Origin: Anaeromyxobacteraceae bacterium
GTDB lineage: Bacteria; Myxococcota; Myxococcia; Myxococcales; Anaeromyxobacteraceae
Reading direction: 5' to 3'
Assembly (NCBI GenBank): GCA_047602405.1
Contig: JASGHJ010000002.1
Location: forward strand, 1,920,001-1,984,000
Length of the DNA stretch: 64,000 nucleotides
A program made the translations under genes and the position numbers. The notes beneath the pieces were generated by a model. The model searched no databases. It was not told where the DNA came from and worked only from the letters and a program-made list of their open reading frames with translations. Numbering within the stretch: position 1 is the first letter of the stretch; each line of letters starts with the position of its first letter. Below are positions 41,419-54,529 of this stretch, piece by piece.

Positions 41419-42093
41419 TTACGGCCGCGCCCCGCCGCTCGAGCGCGGCGGGCGGTTGGCGGCGGACTGCGGGAGCACCTCGCCCCGCATGACCCACACC
41501 TTGCAGCCGATCTTCCCGTAGGTCGTCTTCGCCTCGGCGAACCCGTAGTCGATGTCCGCGCGGAGGGTGTGCAGGGGCACGCGGCCCTCGCGGTACCACT
41601 CGTAGCGGGCCATCTCGGAGCCGCCCAGGCGGCCCGAGCACGCGACGCGGATGCCCTTCGCCCCGAACTTGAGGGCGGTCTGCACCGCCTTCTTCATCGC
41701 GCGGCGGAAGGCGATGCGGCGCTCGAGCTGCGTCGCGATGTTCTCGGCGACGAGCTGGGCGTCGGTCTCGGCCTTACGGACCTCGACGACGTTCAGGTAG
41801 ATCTCGTTCTCCGTCAGCGCCTGCAGGTCCTTCTTGATCGTCTCGATCCCGGCGCCGCGCTTGCCGATCACGATGCCCGGCCGCGCGGTGTGGACGTTGA
41901 TCTTGACCTTGTTGGCGGCGCGCTCGATCTCGATCCGGGAGATGCCGGCCTGGCCGAGCTTCTCCTTGCAGAACTCGCGGAGGCGGATGTCCTCGTGCAG
42001 CCACTTCGCGTAGTTCTTCTCCTCGTACCACTTCGACTCCCAGGAGCGGATGACCCCCAGGCGGAAGCCGATCGGATGGACTTTCTGACCCAT
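41419..42093 (-). CDS. rpsC: 30S ribosomal protein S3
   Basis: [27 protein letters not shown]. Confidence 0.98.
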   Translation of the reverse strand: MGQKVHPIGFRLGVIRSWESKWYEEKNYAKWLHEDIRLREFCKEKLGQAGISRIEIERAANKVKINVHTARPGIVIGKRGAGIETIKKDLQALTENEIYLNVVEVRKAETDAQLVAENIATQLERRIAFRRAMKKAVQTALKFGAKGIRVACSGRLGGSEMARYEWYREGRVPLHTLRADIDYGFAEAKTTYGKIGCKVWVMRGEVLPQSAANRPPRSSGGARP

Positions 42094-42115
42094 GCTTGAC
42101 TCGCTTTCCTATCGG

Positions 42116-42547
42116 CTACGCCCGGGTCTCGGACCCGAGCTCGACGTAGACGTGGCTGGTCTTCTTCTCGACGCGGAACGCGCGCCCCTGGGCGCGCGGC
42201 ATGAACCGGCGCATCTTCGGGCCCTGGTCGACGGTCAGCGTCTTCACGACGAGCGCGTCGACGTCGACCCGCCCGCCCTTGTTCTCGGCGTTCGCGACGG
42301 CGGAGCGGAGCAGCTTGGCGAGCGGCTTCGCGGCGGCGTGCGGCCGGAACTTGAGGATGGCGAGCGCGTCGCCCACCGCGAGGCCGCGCACCTGGTCCGC
42401 CACGAGGCGGACCTTGCGCGGGGCGATGCGGAGGAAGCTCAGCGACGCGTGCGGCCCGGGCGGCGGCGGCGCGGGGCGGTTCTTCCGGGAGCGCGACGGC
42501 GGCGGCGCGGTCCGGACCTTCTTCTTCGGCGTGTTGGTCTCGGCCAT
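42116..42547 (-). CDS. rplV: 50S ribosomal protein L22 with N-terminal extension
   Basis: IAPRKVRLVAD, SAVANAE, PRAQGRA. Confidence 0.96.
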   Translation of the reverse strand: MAETNTPKKKVRTAPPPSRSRKNRPAPPPPGPHASLSFLRIAPRKVRLVADQVRGLAVGDALAILKFRPHAAAKPLAKLLRSAVANAENKGGRVDVDALVVKTLTVDQGPKMRRFMPRAQGRAFRVEKKTSHVYVELGSETRA

Positions 42548-42559
42548 GATGGTCCTCGC

Positions 42560-42865
42560 TTACTTCTTCGCCGGGGCCGACGGCGCAGGCGCCGTGGCGG
42601 CCTTCTTCTCGGCCGAGTGGCCGTGGAAGGTCCGGGTCGGCGCGAACTCGCCGAGCTTGTGGCCGACCATGTTCTCGGTGACGAACACCGGGACGAACTT
42701 CCGCCCGTTGTGCACCGCGAACGTGTGGCCGACGAAGTCGGGCAGGATGGTGCTCCGCCGCGACCAGGTCTTGATGACCGACTTCTTGTTGCCCTTGTTC
42801 GCGTCCTCGACCTTCTTGGTGAGGTGCTTGTCGGCGAACGGGCCCTTCTTGATCGAACGCGCCAT
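42560..42865 (-). CDS. rpsS: 30S ribosomal protein S19
   Basis: [27 protein letters not shown]. Confidence 0.98.
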   Translation of the reverse strand: MARSIKKGPFADKHLTKKVEDANKGNKKSVIKTWSRRSTILPDFVGHTFAVHNGRKFVPVFVTENMVGHKLGEFAPTRTFHGHSAEKKAATAPAPSAPAKK

Positions 42866-42885
42866 GGTGGTCGTCCTCTAGCCGG

Positions 42886-43734
42886 CTAGTGAGGCGTGTT
42901 CCGGATGCCGGGCCGGCGCCGCGACACGATGAACTTGTCGGTGCGGCGGTTGTTGCGGGTCTTGAGGCCCTTGGTCTTCTGGCCCCACGGCGAAACCGGG
43001 TGCGGGTTGCCCTGTCCGGACTTGCCCTCGCCGCCGCCGTGCGGGTGATCGACCGGGTTCATGGCGAGGCCGCGGACGGTCGGGCGGATGCCCTTCCAGC
43101 GGCTCTTGCCGGCCTTGCCGACGCGGACCGACGAGCTCTCGATGTTGCCGAGCTGGCCGACGACCGCGCGGCAGTCGAGCTCCACCTGGCGGACCTCGCC
43201 GGAGGGCATGCGGATCTGGGCGCGGCCGCCCTCCTTCGCCATCAGCTGGCCGAAGGAGCCGGCGGTGCGGATCATCTTGCCGCCCGAGCCCGGCTGCGAC
43301 TCGACGTTGTGGATGACCGTGCCGAGCGGGATGGCCTTGATGGGCAGCGCGTTCCCGGGGCGGATGTCGACCGCCTCGCCGGAGAGCAGCACGTCGCCCA
43401 CCGCCACGCCCACCGGGGCGAGGATGTACCGCTTCTCGCCGTCGGCGTAGTGGAGGAGCGCGATGCGGGCGGTGCGGTTGGGATCGTACTCGATCGCCGC
43501 GACCTTGGCCGGCACGCCGTCCTTGTTGCGCTTCCAGTCGATGAGGCGGTAGCGGCGCTTGTGGCCGCCGCCGATGTGACGGGTGGTGATGTGGCCGTGG
43601 TTGTTGCGGCCGCCCGTCTTCTTCACCGTCTTGGTGAGCGCCTTCTCCGGCTTCGACTTCGTGATCTCGGCGAAGTCCGAGACCGACATGTGCCGGCGGG
43701 CGGGGCTCGTGGGCTTGTAGAGCTTCAGTGCCAT
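42886..43734 (-). CDS. rplB: 50S ribosomal protein L2
   Basis: [21 protein letters not shown]. Confidence 0.99.
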   Translation of the reverse strand: MALKLYKPTSPARRHMSVSDFAEITKSKPEKALTKTVKKTGGRNNHGHITTRHIGGGHKRRYRLIDWKRNKDGVPAKVAAIEYDPNRTARIALLHYADGEKRYILAPVGVAVGDVLLSGEAVDIRPGNALPIKAIPLGTVIHNVESQPGSGGKMIRTAGSFGQLMAKEGGRAQIRMPSGEVRQVELDCRAVVGQLGNIESSSVRVGKAGKSRWKGIRPTVRGLAMNPVDHPHGGGEGKSGQGNPHPVSPWGQKTKGLKTRNNRRTDKFIVSRRRPGIRNTPH

Positions 43735-43743
43735 GGTGGCCTC

Positions 43744-44037
43744 TTACTTCCCCTCGAAGAGGGCGATCGTCTCGCCTTCCTTGAGCGTGACGACGGCCTT
43801 CTTCCAGTTCGAGCGGCGGCCGATGCTCCGGCCCACCCGCTTGGTCTTGCCGCGCGCGATGGCGGTGCGGACGGCGGTGACGTGCACCGCGAACTGCTTC
43901 TCGACCGCCTGCTTGACCATGATCTTGGTGGCCTCGCGGTGCACCTCGAACGCGTACTGCCGGTTCGCGGCGCGGTTCTGCTCGGCCTTCTCGGTGATGA
44001 GCGGACGCTTCACCACGTCCTGGATCCCGACGCTCAT
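43744..44037 (-). CDS. rplW: 50S ribosomal protein L23
   Basis: [15 protein letters not shown]. Confidence 0.96.
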   Translation of the reverse strand: MSVGIQDVVKRPLITEKAEQNRAANRQYAFEVHREATKIMVKQAVEKQFAVHVTAVRTAIARGKTKRVGRSIGRRSNWKKAVVTLKEGETIALFEGK

Positions 44038-44654
44038 GACAGGCTCGCCTCCAGCTTCTTCGCGGTGTCCTGGGTGAGGACGATCGTGTCGTGGCGGAGG
44101 ATGTCGTAGACGTTCAGCCCCTCGAAGGGCAGGAAGTCGGAGCCCTCGAGGTTGCGCACGCTCTTCGCGAGCGCCGCGTTGGCCTGGCCGTCCACCACGA
44201 GCGCCTTCTTCGCGCCCAGCTTGGCGAGGACCTTCGCCGCCGCGGAGGTCTTCGGGGCCGACGGCTTCCACTCGGTCACGATGACGAGCTTGCCGTCCTT
44301 GCCGCGGAGCGAGAGCGCCGAGCGGAGGGCCGCCTTGCGGACCTTCTTCGGCACCTCGTAGGAGTAGTCGCGGGGCTTCGGGCCCATCGCCTTGCCGCCG
44401 CCCACCCAGAGGGAGGCGCGCGTCGAGCCCTGGCGGGCGCGGCCGGTGCCCTTCTGCTTGAACGGCTTCTTGCCGCCACCGGAGACGAGGGAACGGTTCT
44501 TCACCGCGTGCGTGCCCGAGCGATCGGAGGCGAGCTTCGCCTTCACCACCTCGTAGAAGAGGTGCTCGTTCACGTCGGCGGCGAAGACGGCGTCGGCGAG
44601 GTCGATCTCGCCCACCTTCTTCTTCTCGAGGTCGTAGACGTCGAACTTGGCCAT
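44034..44654 (-). CDS. rplD: 50S ribosomal protein L4
   Basis: [29 protein letters not shown]. Confidence 0.97.
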   Translation of the reverse strand: MAKFDVYDLEKKKVGEIDLADAVFAADVNEHLFYEVVKAKLASDRSGTHAVKNRSLVSGGGKKPFKQKGTGRARQGSTRASLWVGGGKAMGPKPRDYSYEVPKKVRKAALRSALSLRGKDGKLVIVTEWKPSAPKTSAAAKVLAKLGAKKALVVDGQANAALAKSVRNLEGSDFLPFEGLNVYDILRHDTIVLTQDTAKKLEASLS

Positions 44655-44665
44655 GGTCGCCTCGA

Positions 44666-44971
<306 letters not shown>

Positions 44972-45055
44972 CGGAACGCCTTTTGGTCCAGTCACGCGGC
45001 GCGGCGCGGGCCCGATGCTCCGGAATCCCGCCGTTCGCCGGCGTGAACTACCTGA

Positions 45056-46246
<1,191 letters not shown>

Positions 46247-46276
46247 GACGTCCTCTCCTCGCTCGGTGCTGCGGGC

Positions 46277-48367
46277 CTACCTGCTGGGCGCGGTGCCCTT
46301 CGCCTTGGCGACGACGGTCTCCGCGATGTTGTTGGGAACCTGCGCGTAGTGCGCGAACTGCATCGTGTAGGTTGCGCGCCCCTGGGTCTTGGAGCGCAGG
46401 TCGGTCGAGTAGCCGAACATGTCCGCCAGCGGCACGTGGGCCTCGATGACCTGCACACCCGAGCGCGGGTTCATCGCATGAATCTTGCCGCGACGCGAGT
46501 TCAGATCGCCGATCACGTCGCCCATGTACTCCTCGGGCGTCACGACCTCGACGTCCATGATCGGCTCGAGGAGGACCGGGTTCGCCTTGTGGGCGCCGTC
46601 CTTGAAGCCCATCGAGCCCGCGATCTTGAACGCCATCTCGGACGAGTCGACGTCGTGGTAGCTGCCGTCGAAGACCTCGACCTTGAGGTCGACCATCGGG
46701 AAGCCGGCGAGCACGCCGCTCGTCATGGCCTCCTCGATGCCCTTCTGGATCGGGTTGATGAACTCCTTGGGGATCGAGCCGCCCACGGTGGCGTTGACGA
46801 ACTCGAAGCCCTTGCCCGGCTCCTGGGGGATGAGGCGCACCCAGCAGTGGCCGTACTGGCCGCGCCCGCCGGTCTGGCGGACGAACTTGCCCTCCGACTC
46901 GACCTGCTTCGTGATGGTCTCGCGGTAGGCGACCTGGGGCTTGCCGACGTTCGCCTCGACCTTGAACTCGCGGAACATGCGGTCCACGAGGATCTCGAGG
47001 TGGAGCTCGCCCATGCCGCCGATGATGGTCTGGCCGGTCTCCTCGTCCGTGTGGACGCGGAAGGACGGGTCCTCCATCTGGAGGCGGTTGAGCGCCATGC
47101 CCATCTTGTCCTGGTCGGCCTTGGTCTTCGGCTCGACCGCGACGTGGATGACGGGCTCGGGGAACTCCATCCGCTCGAGGATGACGGCGTGGTCCTCGTC
47201 GCAGAGCGTGTCGCCCGTGGTCGTGGACCGGAGGCCGACCGCCGCGGCGATGTCGCCGGCGTAGACCTCCTTGATCTCCTCGCGCTTGTTGGCGTGCATC
47301 TGGAGGATGCGGCCGATGCGCTCCTTCTTGTCCTTCGTCGCGTTGTAGAGGTACGAGCCGGCCTCGAGCTTGCCGGAGTACACGCGGAAGAAGGTGAGGT
47401 TCCCGACGAACGGGTCGTTCATGATCTTGAACGCCAGCGCCGAGAACGGCTCCTTGTCGCCCGTCTTGCGGGTGAGCGTCTCGCCCTTCGCGTTGACGCC
47501 CTGGACCGGCGGCTTGTCGAGCGGGCTCGGGAGGTAGTCCACCACGGCGTCGAGGATCTGCTGGACGCCCTTGTTCTTGAACGCGGTGCCGCAGAGCACC
47601 GGGAAGAACTTCATCTCGAGGGTGCCCTTGCGGATCCCGGCGGCGACCTCGTCCTGGGTCAGCGGGCGGCCGTCGAGGTACTTGTGCATCAGGGCGTCGT
47701 CGATCTCGGAGACGGTCTCCTCGAGCTTCGCGCGGTACTCCCTCGCCTGCTCGAGGAGCTCCGCGGGGATTCCGCTCTCCTGGTACTTCGCGCCCATCGT
47801 CTCGTCGTCGAAGGTGACGGCCTTCATCTTGACGAGGTCGACCATGCCGCGGAACTTGTCCTCGGCGCCGATCGGGAGCTGGAGGGGCAGCGGCCGCGCG
47901 CCGAGCTTCCCCTGGATCGTGTCGACCGACATGAAGAAGTCGGCGCCGACGCGGTCCATCTTGTTGATGAAGCAGATGCGCGGGACCTTGTACTTGTCGG
48001 CCTGCCGCCAGACCGTCTCGGACTGCGGCTCGACGCCGTTCACCGCGTCGAACACCGCGCACGCGCCGTCGAGCACGCGCAGCGACCGCTCCACCTCGAT
48101 GGTGAAGTCGACGTGCCCGGGGGTGTCGATGATGTTCAGCCGGTGATCGCGCCAGAAGGCGGTGGTCGCAGCGGACGTGATCGTGATGCCACGCTCACGC
48201 TCCTGCTCCATCCAGTCCATGACGGTGGTGCCCTCATGGACCTCGCCGATCTTGTGGGTGACGCCGGTGTAGAAGAGGATCCGCTCGGTGGTCGTGGTCT
48301 TGCCGGCATCGATGTGCGCCATGATGCCGAAGTTCCGGTAGCGCTCGAGCGGACTGTTGCGTGCCAT
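46277..48367 (-). CDS. fusA: elongation factor G
   Basis: [28 protein letters not shown]. Confidence 0.99.
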   Translation of the reverse strand: MARNSPLERYRNFGIMAHIDAGKTTTTERILFYTGVTHKIGEVHEGTTVMDWMEQERERGITITSAATTAFWRDHRLNIIDTPGHVDFTIEVERSLRVLDGACAVFDAVNGVEPQSETVWRQADKYKVPRICFINKMDRVGADFFMSVDTIQGKLGARPLPLQLPIGAEDKFRGMVDLVKMKAVTFDDETMGAKYQESGIPAELLEQAREYRAKLEETVSEIDDALMHKYLDGRPLTQDEVAAGIRKGTLEMKFFPVLCGTAFKNKGVQQILDAVVDYLPSPLDKPPVQGVNAKGETLTRKTGDKEPFSALAFKIMNDPFVGNLTFFRVYSGKLEAGSYLYNATKDKKERIGRILQMHANKREEIKEVYAGDIAAAVGLRSTTTGDTLCDEDHAVILERMEFPEPVIHVAVEPKTKADQDKMGMALNRLQMEDPSFRVHTDEETGQTIIGGMGELHLEILVDRMFREFKVEANVGKPQVAYRETITKQVESEGKFVRQTGGRGQYGHCWVRLIPQEPGKGFEFVNATVGGSIPKEFINPIQKGIEEAMTSGVLAGFPMVDLKVEVFDGSYHDVDSSEMAFKIAGSMGFKDGAHKANPVLLEPIMDVEVVTPEEYMGDVIGDLNSRRGKIHAMNPRSGVQVIEAHVPLADMFGYSTDLRSKTQGRATYTMQFAHYAQVPNNIAETVVAKAKGTAPSR

Positions 48368-48533
48368 GTTCGCTGCCTCCGTGCGTTCTCGAGCCCGTCG
48401 CCGAACGGCGGCGACGCCGAAACCAACCACCACCGAGCTGTCAAAGAGCCGACGGGATCTTCCCGATCCCTGCCGTCCTAGACGGCGACTGCGCTCTCGA
48501 ACCTTCCCTCTTCTCCCGTGTACCGCCTGGAGA

Positions 48534-49004
48534 CTACCAGCGGTAGTGCGCGAAGGCCTTGTTGGCCTCCGCCATCTTGTGCGTGTCCTCGCGCTTCTTC
48601 ACCGCGTTGCCGCGGTTGTTGGCGGCGTCGATGATCTCGCCGGCCAGCTTCTCCTGCATCGTCTTCTCGCCGCGGCCCTTCGAGTAGTCGATGAGCCAGC
48701 GCATCGCGAGCGCGGTGCGGCGGTCCTGACGGACCTCGACCGGCACCTGGTACGTCGCGCCGCCGACGCGGCGGGACTTCACCTCGACGACCGGCTTCAC
48801 GTTGTCGAGGGCCTTCTTGAAGATCTTGAGCGGGTCGTCCTTGAGCTTCTGCTCCACCTGATCGAACGCGCCGTAGATGATGCGCTCGCCCGTCGACTTC
48901 TTGCCCTTGCGCATCAGGTTGTTGACGAACTTGGCGACGATCCGGTCCTGGAACTTGGGGTCCGGGAGGATCTTGCGCTTCTCGACTTCGCGGCGACGAG
49001 GCAT
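48534..49004 (-). CDS. rpsG: 30S ribosomal protein S7
   Basis: [24 protein letters not shown]. Confidence 0.99.
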   Translation of the reverse strand: MPRRREVEKRKILPDPKFQDRIVAKFVNNLMRKGKKSTGERIIYGAFDQVEQKLKDDPLKIFKKALDNVKPVVEVKSRRVGGATYQVPVEVRQDRRTALAMRWLIDYSKGRGEKTMQEKLAGEIIDAANNRGNAVKKREDTHKMAEANKAFAHYRW

Positions 49005-49032
49005 CGGAGTGGATATCCCTGAGAAGGAAAAA

Positions 49033-49404
49033 TTAGCTCGGGCGCTTCGCGCCGTACTTGGAGCGGCTCTGCTTCCGGCCCTGGACGCCGACGGCGTCGA
49101 GCGTGCCGCGGATGATGTGGTAGCGCACGCCCGGGAGATCCTTCACGCGGCCGCCGCGGATGAGCACCACCGAGTGCTCCTGCAGGTTGTGGCCGACGCC
49201 GGGGATGTAGCTCGTGACCTCGAAGCCGTTGACGAGGCGGACGCGGGCGACCTTGCGGAGGGCCGAGTTCGGCTTCTTCGGGGTCGTCGTGTAGACGCGC
49301 GTGCAGACGCCGCGCTTCTGCGGCGACTCCTTGAGCGCCGGCGCCTTCTTCTTGATCTCGAGCTTCTCGCGCCCGTTGCGAACCAGCTGGCTGATCGTCG
49401 GCAT
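49033..49404 (-). CDS. rpsL: 30S ribosomal protein S12
   Basis: [20 protein letters not shown]. Confidence 0.99.
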   Translation of the reverse strand: MPTISQLVRNGREKLEIKKKAPALKESPQKRGVCTRVYTTTPKKPNSALRKVARVRLVNGFEVTSYIPGVGHNLQEHSVVLIRGGRVKDLPGVRYHIIRGTLDAVGVQGRKQSRSKYGAKRPS

Positions 49405-49518
49405 CGGCTCTCTGTTCCTGCCCTGTCTCTGTTTCGCAGTCTCTGCTGCGAATCCCCAAGAAAATCGCCCCGGGAACTGCGACGCGGGGCGAGGACAACC
49501 CGTCGTGGAGGGCGCGGT

Positions 49519-50679
<1,161 letters not shown>

Positions 50680-50721
50680 GCCCCCGACTGTAGACGACCG
50701 GGCGCGGATCGCGAACGGCCC

Positions 50722-51720
50722 TCAGGCGCTGCCCGCCCGCCCGTCCCGGTCCTCGAGGTGCAGCGCGAGCCGGCAGGACGCGCAGGTGGGCTCGCCGCGC
50801 CGGTTGCCGGTCGCGGGGCGGCCGCAGCCGCACCGGGCGAGGTGCCCGGAGACAAACGCCGCGAGCTCCGTCGCGAGCGCGGGGTCTCGCAGGATCCGCC
50901 GGTGGCCCAGGCCTTCCGTGCGCCTGAGGCGCGCCCCCGGCCAGGCCGCGGCGATGGCCTCGGCCTCGCGGTACGGCACCTCCCGGTCGTCGGCGTCGTG
51001 GACGACGAGCCCGGGCACCCGGACGGTCGGGAGCAGCGCTCCCGCGTCGAGCGACGCCATCGAGACGCCCACCCGGGCCTCGAGCCCGCGCCGGATCCGG
51101 TCGCCCGCCTCCGGCGGCAGGCCGAACGCCCGCGCGAACGCGCCGAAGAAGCCGAACGGGCTCGACGGGGCGCCGACGGTGACCGCCGCGTCGAGCGCGA
51201 CGAGCCGCCGCGAGAGCGCGATCCCCAGCGCGGCGCCGCCGAACGAGTGGCCGATGGCGGCGCGGGCGCCGACGTGGCGGGCGACCGCGGCGAGCGCGTC
51301 CGCCATGCGCAGGAGGTTCGTGGTGCCGCCGCCGGAGCGGCCGTGCGCCGGGCCGTCGAAGATCGCGACCGCGAGCCCCGCCTCGAGGAGCGCGCGCCCG
51401 AGCGGCGCGAGCTGGGTGCCGCGCCCGCCCCACCCGTGGACGAGGAGCACCGCCGGCCCCTCCCCCGCGGCCTCGCCGTGCACGGTGACCCCCGCGGCGC
51501 GGAGCGCGAACGGGCGCCCGCCGGGGAGCGCCGGACCGGGCCGCCCGGGCCCGGTGGGCGGCGGCGTGAAGAAGAGCCGGGCCGCGAGCCGGTCGCCGAG
51601 CGGGGGCGCCACCGCGTAGAGCGCCCGCACGCCGGTGCGCAGGAGCGCGGGCGGCTTGACCTCGGCGCGGACTTCAGAACGACCGTTCGTGCTATTATTC
51701 GACGAAAACGCGGCAACCAT
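50722..51720 (-). CDS. alpha/beta hydrolase with C-terminal Cys4 tail
   Basis: VHGWGG, GHSFG, HDADD, GLGHRRIL; tail CGC...CASC. Confidence 0.88.
   Translation of the reverse strand: MVAAFSSNNSTNGRSEVRAEVKPPALLRTGVRALYAVAPPLGDRLAARLFFTPPPTGPGRPGPALPGGRPFALRAAGVTVHGEAAGEGPAVLLVHGWGGRGTQLAPLGRALLEAGLAVAIFDGPAHGRSGGGTTNLLRMADALAAVARHVGARAAIGHSFGGAALGIALSRRLVALDAAVTVGAPSSPFGFFGAFARAFGLPPEAGDRIRRGLEARVGVSMASLDAGALLPTVRVPGLVVHDADDREVPYREAEAIAAAWPGARLRRTEGLGHRRILRDPALATELAAFVSGHLARCGCGRPATGNRRGEPTCASCRLALHLEDRDGRAGSA
51676..51696. promoter_or_regulatory. putative TetR operator inside the hydrolase 5' coding region
   Basis: Minus-strand AATAGCACGAACGGTCGTTCT matches 52348-52368 at 18/21 positions. 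Confidence 0.6.
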
Positions 51721-51741
51721 GGGCGCTTCTCCTTCCGGGGG

Positions 51742-52338
51742 TCAGCTCTGGGCGCGCAGCCCTTCGATGAGGCGGTCGACGGCGGCGAGGGCCTTCTCGT
51801 CCGCGCGCGGGTCGCGCAGGAGGCGGGAGGCGAGGTTCCACGTGAGGCTGATGCCGACGAACTCGAACGCGGCCTGATCGGCGTCGGCCCCGGCGCGGAA
51901 GGCGCCGGCCTTCTGCCCGCTCCGCACGACGCGTGCGATCGTGTCGTACCAGGCCTGCTGGTGGACGGCGAGCCGCTCGCGGGCGAGGCCCGGGCGGTCG
52001 TCGAGCTCGGCCGAGGCCGCCATGAAGATGCAGCCGCCGGGCTGCTTCACCTTGCGCGGCCAGACCATGCCGAGCTCGAAGAGCCGCCGCAGCCGGGCCG
52101 CGCCGGCGGGCTCCTCGAGCGCGGGGCGCACGACGACCTCGGTGAAGCGCTCGGCCGCGTGGTCGAGCATCTGCGCCTGGAGGTCCTCCTTCGAGTCGAA
52201 GTGAGCGAAGAGTCCGCTCTTCGAGAGCTCGAGGTCCTCGGCCAGCCTGCCGAGCGAGAGCCCGTCGAGGCCGAGCTCGGAGGCGAGCCGGAGCGCGCCG
52301 TCCAGGATCAGCTCCTTCGTCCGCTCGCCCTTCTTCAT
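51742..52338 (-). CDS. TetR/AcrR-family transcriptional regulator
   Basis: ILDGA...LSKSGLFAHFDSKEDL HTH. Confidence 0.93.
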   Translation of the reverse strand: MKKGERTKELILDGALRLASELGLDGLSLGRLAEDLELSKSGLFAHFDSKEDLQAQMLDHAAERFTEVVVRPALEEPAGAARLRRLFELGMVWPRKVKQPGGCIFMAASAELDDRPGLARERLAVHQQAWYDTIARVVRSGQKAGAFRAGADADQAAFEFVGISLTWNLASRLLRDPRADEKALAAVDRLIEGLRAQS

Positions 52339-52347
52339 GCCGCTCAA

Positions 52348-52368
52348 AATAGAACGACCGGTCGTTCC
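52348..52368. promoter_or_regulatory. putative TetR autoregulatory operator (perfect palindrome GAACGACCGGTCGTTC)
   Basis: 16-bp palindrome at 52352-52367, 13 bp upstream of the tetR ATG. Confidence 0.7.
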
Positions 52369-52480
52369 TGGGAAGGCCCCGGCCAGGACCCGTCACGGTC
52401 GACCGCCACAGGGTCGCGGATGCGGCGAGGCCCCTGCCCTCGCGGGCAGAGGCCTCGAACTCACCTGCACTTCCCGGTGG

Positions 52481-53086
52481 TTACGCGACCCGGCCCTCGA
52501 CGGCGGCCCAGTCGACGTTCTTGAAGAACGCGTCGACGTACTTGGCGCGCTCGGTGGCGAGGTAGTCCCGCATGAAGGCGTGCTCCCAGCCGTCCATCAC
52601 CAGCACCGGCTTGAAGCCGGCGACGAGGTTGTCCTGGTGCAGCTGGACGAAGTGGTTCGAGAGCCAGCCGGTCTTCGGGTCCTGGAACGTGAAGGCCCAG
52701 CCGATGCCCGGCATCGTCGCGACGGCGCGGAAGTCGGCGAGCCAGTTCGCGTACGAGCCGAACGACGCCTCGACGGCCTTCTTGAACTTCGAGCCCGCGG
52801 CCGGCTCCGCCTGCGCGCCGGCCGTGAGGTTCTCGAAGTAGTACTCGTGGTTCACCATGCCGCCGTACTCGAAGCCGAGGCGGCGGGTGAGCTCCGCGTA
52901 GACCGGGTCGGCGCCGGACGCCTTGCCCTCGCCGCAGATCGCGAAGAGCTTCTCGGTGAGCGTGTTGCAGCGCTTCACGTAGCCCTCGTAGAGCTTCAGG
53001 TGCTCCTCGACCTGCTTGTCCGAGATGCCCGCGAGGCCGCGGACCTTCGAGTAGTCCTTGGGCGCGTACTTCTTGGCGTCTGCCAT
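52481..53086 (-). CDS. Fe/Mn superoxide dismutase family protein
   Basis: Metal ligands EEH..LY.GYV, NHEYYF, DGWEHAF. Confidence 0.88.
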   Translation of the reverse strand: MADAKKYAPKDYSKVRGLAGISDKQVEEHLKLYEGYVKRCNTLTEKLFAICGEGKASGADPVYAELTRRLGFEYGGMVNHEYYFENLTAGAQAEPAAGSKFKKAVEASFGSYANWLADFRAVATMPGIGWAFTFQDPKTGWLSNHFVQLHQDNLVAGFKPVLVMDGWEHAFMRDYLATERAKYVDAFFKNVDWAAVEGRVA

Positions 53087-53127
53087 GGGGTCGCTCCGTG
53101 TTCGGGGTTGGGGAATCGTCCACCCGC

Positions 53128-53156
53128 GAGGTAGCGGCGGCGACACGAGGTGTCAA
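53128..53156 (-). promoter_or_regulatory. putative SOD promoter TTGACA-N17-TACCTC
   Basis: Consensus -35 with a weak -10. Confidence 0.4.
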
Positions 53157-53201
53157 GGCGCCGGAAGGGCCGATTTCCCCGCGGGGTGCGGCGGGATTGC
53201 T

Positions 53202-54464
53202 TCACGAAGAGGAAACGCCCCCGCGGCGCGACGCCGCGGGTGAGACCGCGAGCGCGAGCGCCGCCACCCCGGCGAACGCCGCGCACGCGCCGAGCGCCAC
53301 CGCGGGCCCTCGGGCGTCCCACAGCCACCCGGTGAGCAGCCCTGCGGGCAGCGCCACCGCGCCGGTGACCCCGTGGTACCACCCGAACGCGCGCCCTCGC
53401 TCACCCCTCGGAGCCAGATCCGCCACGAGCGCCCGCTCCGCGCCCTCCGCGAGCCCGTGGTAGAGGGCGTACCCGCCGAAGAGGGCCGCCACCTGCCAGG
53501 GCGCGTCCGAGAGCGCGAAGCCCAGATAGGCGAGCGCGTACGCCCCCCACCCCGCCGCCACCACCCACCGCCGCGGCACGCGGTCGGAGAGCGCCCCTCC
53601 GGGCAGCCCCGCGAACGTCTTCACGACGTGGTGCCCGAACCAGAGCAGCGGCACCGCGCTCGCCGAGAACCCGACCTCCCGCGCCTTGAGCAGGAGGAAC
53701 GCGTCCGTCGAGTTCCCCAGCGCGAAGACGGCAGCCAGGATCAGGTACCGGTGCAGGAACGGGTTCAGGTTCGGGTTCGGGTCCAGCTCTTGCTGCACCT
53801 GCAGCTTCGGCTGCACCTGCAGCTTCGGCTTCAGCTTCAGCTGCTCCCGCTCCTGAACCTGCACCCGATCCTGATCCTGCTCCTGCTCCTTGTCTTCCCC
53901 CTCCCTCAGCCGCGCCACCAGCACCAGCGGCGCCAGCACCCCCAACCCCGCCGCGATCGCGAACGTCACCCTCAACGACACCCCGGCCGCCAGCAACCCG
54001 GCCGCGCCGAGCGGCCCCACCGCCGCCCCCAGGTGATCCATCGACCGCTGCAGCCCGAACGCCCTCCCCCGCTCCGCGTCGGGAACCGCGTCCGCGAGCA
54101 GCGCGTCCCGGGGCCCCGACCGGATCCCCTTCCCCGCCCGGTCCACGAGCCGCGCCAGGAGCACCTGCCAGGGCCACGCGGCCACCGCGATCCCCGCCCG
54201 CGCGAGCGCCGGCAGCCCGTACCCCCCGATCACGAGCGCGCGCCGCGGCCCCCGGTCCGACCACCGCCCCGCGGCCACCTTCACGGCGGCCCCGACCGCC
54301 TCCGCCGCGCCCTCCACGAGCCCGAGCGTCCGCGCGCCACCGCCCGGCAGCGACGCGAGGAACAGCGGCAGGAGCGGGAAGATCGCCTCGGACGAGACGT
54401 CGTTGAACAGGCTCGCGAGCCCGAGCAGCCAGACGGTGGGTGAAAAGGCGCGGAGTGCCCGCAC
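53202..54464 (-). CDS. MFS transporter with low-complexity central-loop insertion
   Basis: SLFNDVSSE, GRWSDR, RDALLAD...RGRAFG, GALSDR; about 12 TMs. Confidence 0.9.
   Translation of the reverse strand: MRALRAFSPTVWLLGLASLFNDVSSEAIFPLLPLFLASLPGGGARTLGLVEGAAEAVGAAVKVAAGRWSDRGPRRALVIGGYGLPALARAGIAVAAWPWQVLLARLVDRAGKGIRSGPRDALLADAVPDAERGRAFGLQRSMDHLGAAVGPLGAAGLLAAGVSLRVTFAIAAGLGVLAPLVLVARLREGEDKEQEQDQDRVQVQEREQLKLKPKLQVQPKLQVQQELDPNPNLNPFLHRYLILAAVFALGNSTDAFLLLKAREVGFSASAVPLLWFGHHVVKTFAGLPGGALSDRVPRRWVVAAGWGAYALAYLGFALSDAPWQVAALFGGYALYHGLAEGAERALVADLAPRGERGRAFGWYHGVTGAVALPAGLLTGWLWDARGPAVALGACAAFAGVAALALAVSPAASRRGGVSSS
53755..53905. repeat. degenerate hexamer-periodic tract encoding alternating dipeptides, including an 18-bp tandem repeat
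   Basis: gggttc aggttc gggttc...; gctgcacctgcagcttcg x2 (about 53792-53827); tcctga tcctgc tcctgc. Confidence 0.75.
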
Positions 54465-54529
54465 GCTGCCTCCGGGAGGTCCTCGGTGCGCCCCGAGCCT
54501 ACCAGGGACCCGTGCTAAGGTCCGCGCCC

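Noticed and set aside
48416..48444. TTGACA upstream of fusA as an internal promoter
   Set aside because: No acceptable -10 element at 16-18 bp spacing
49033..49404. Streptomycin-resistance alleles of rpsL
   Set aside because: PKKPNS and RVKDLP motifs are wild type
50722..50724. Selenocysteine readthrough fusing the hydrolase and MutY
   Set aside because: TGA is not at a catalytic Cys position, no recognisable SECIS, and both proteins are complete on their own
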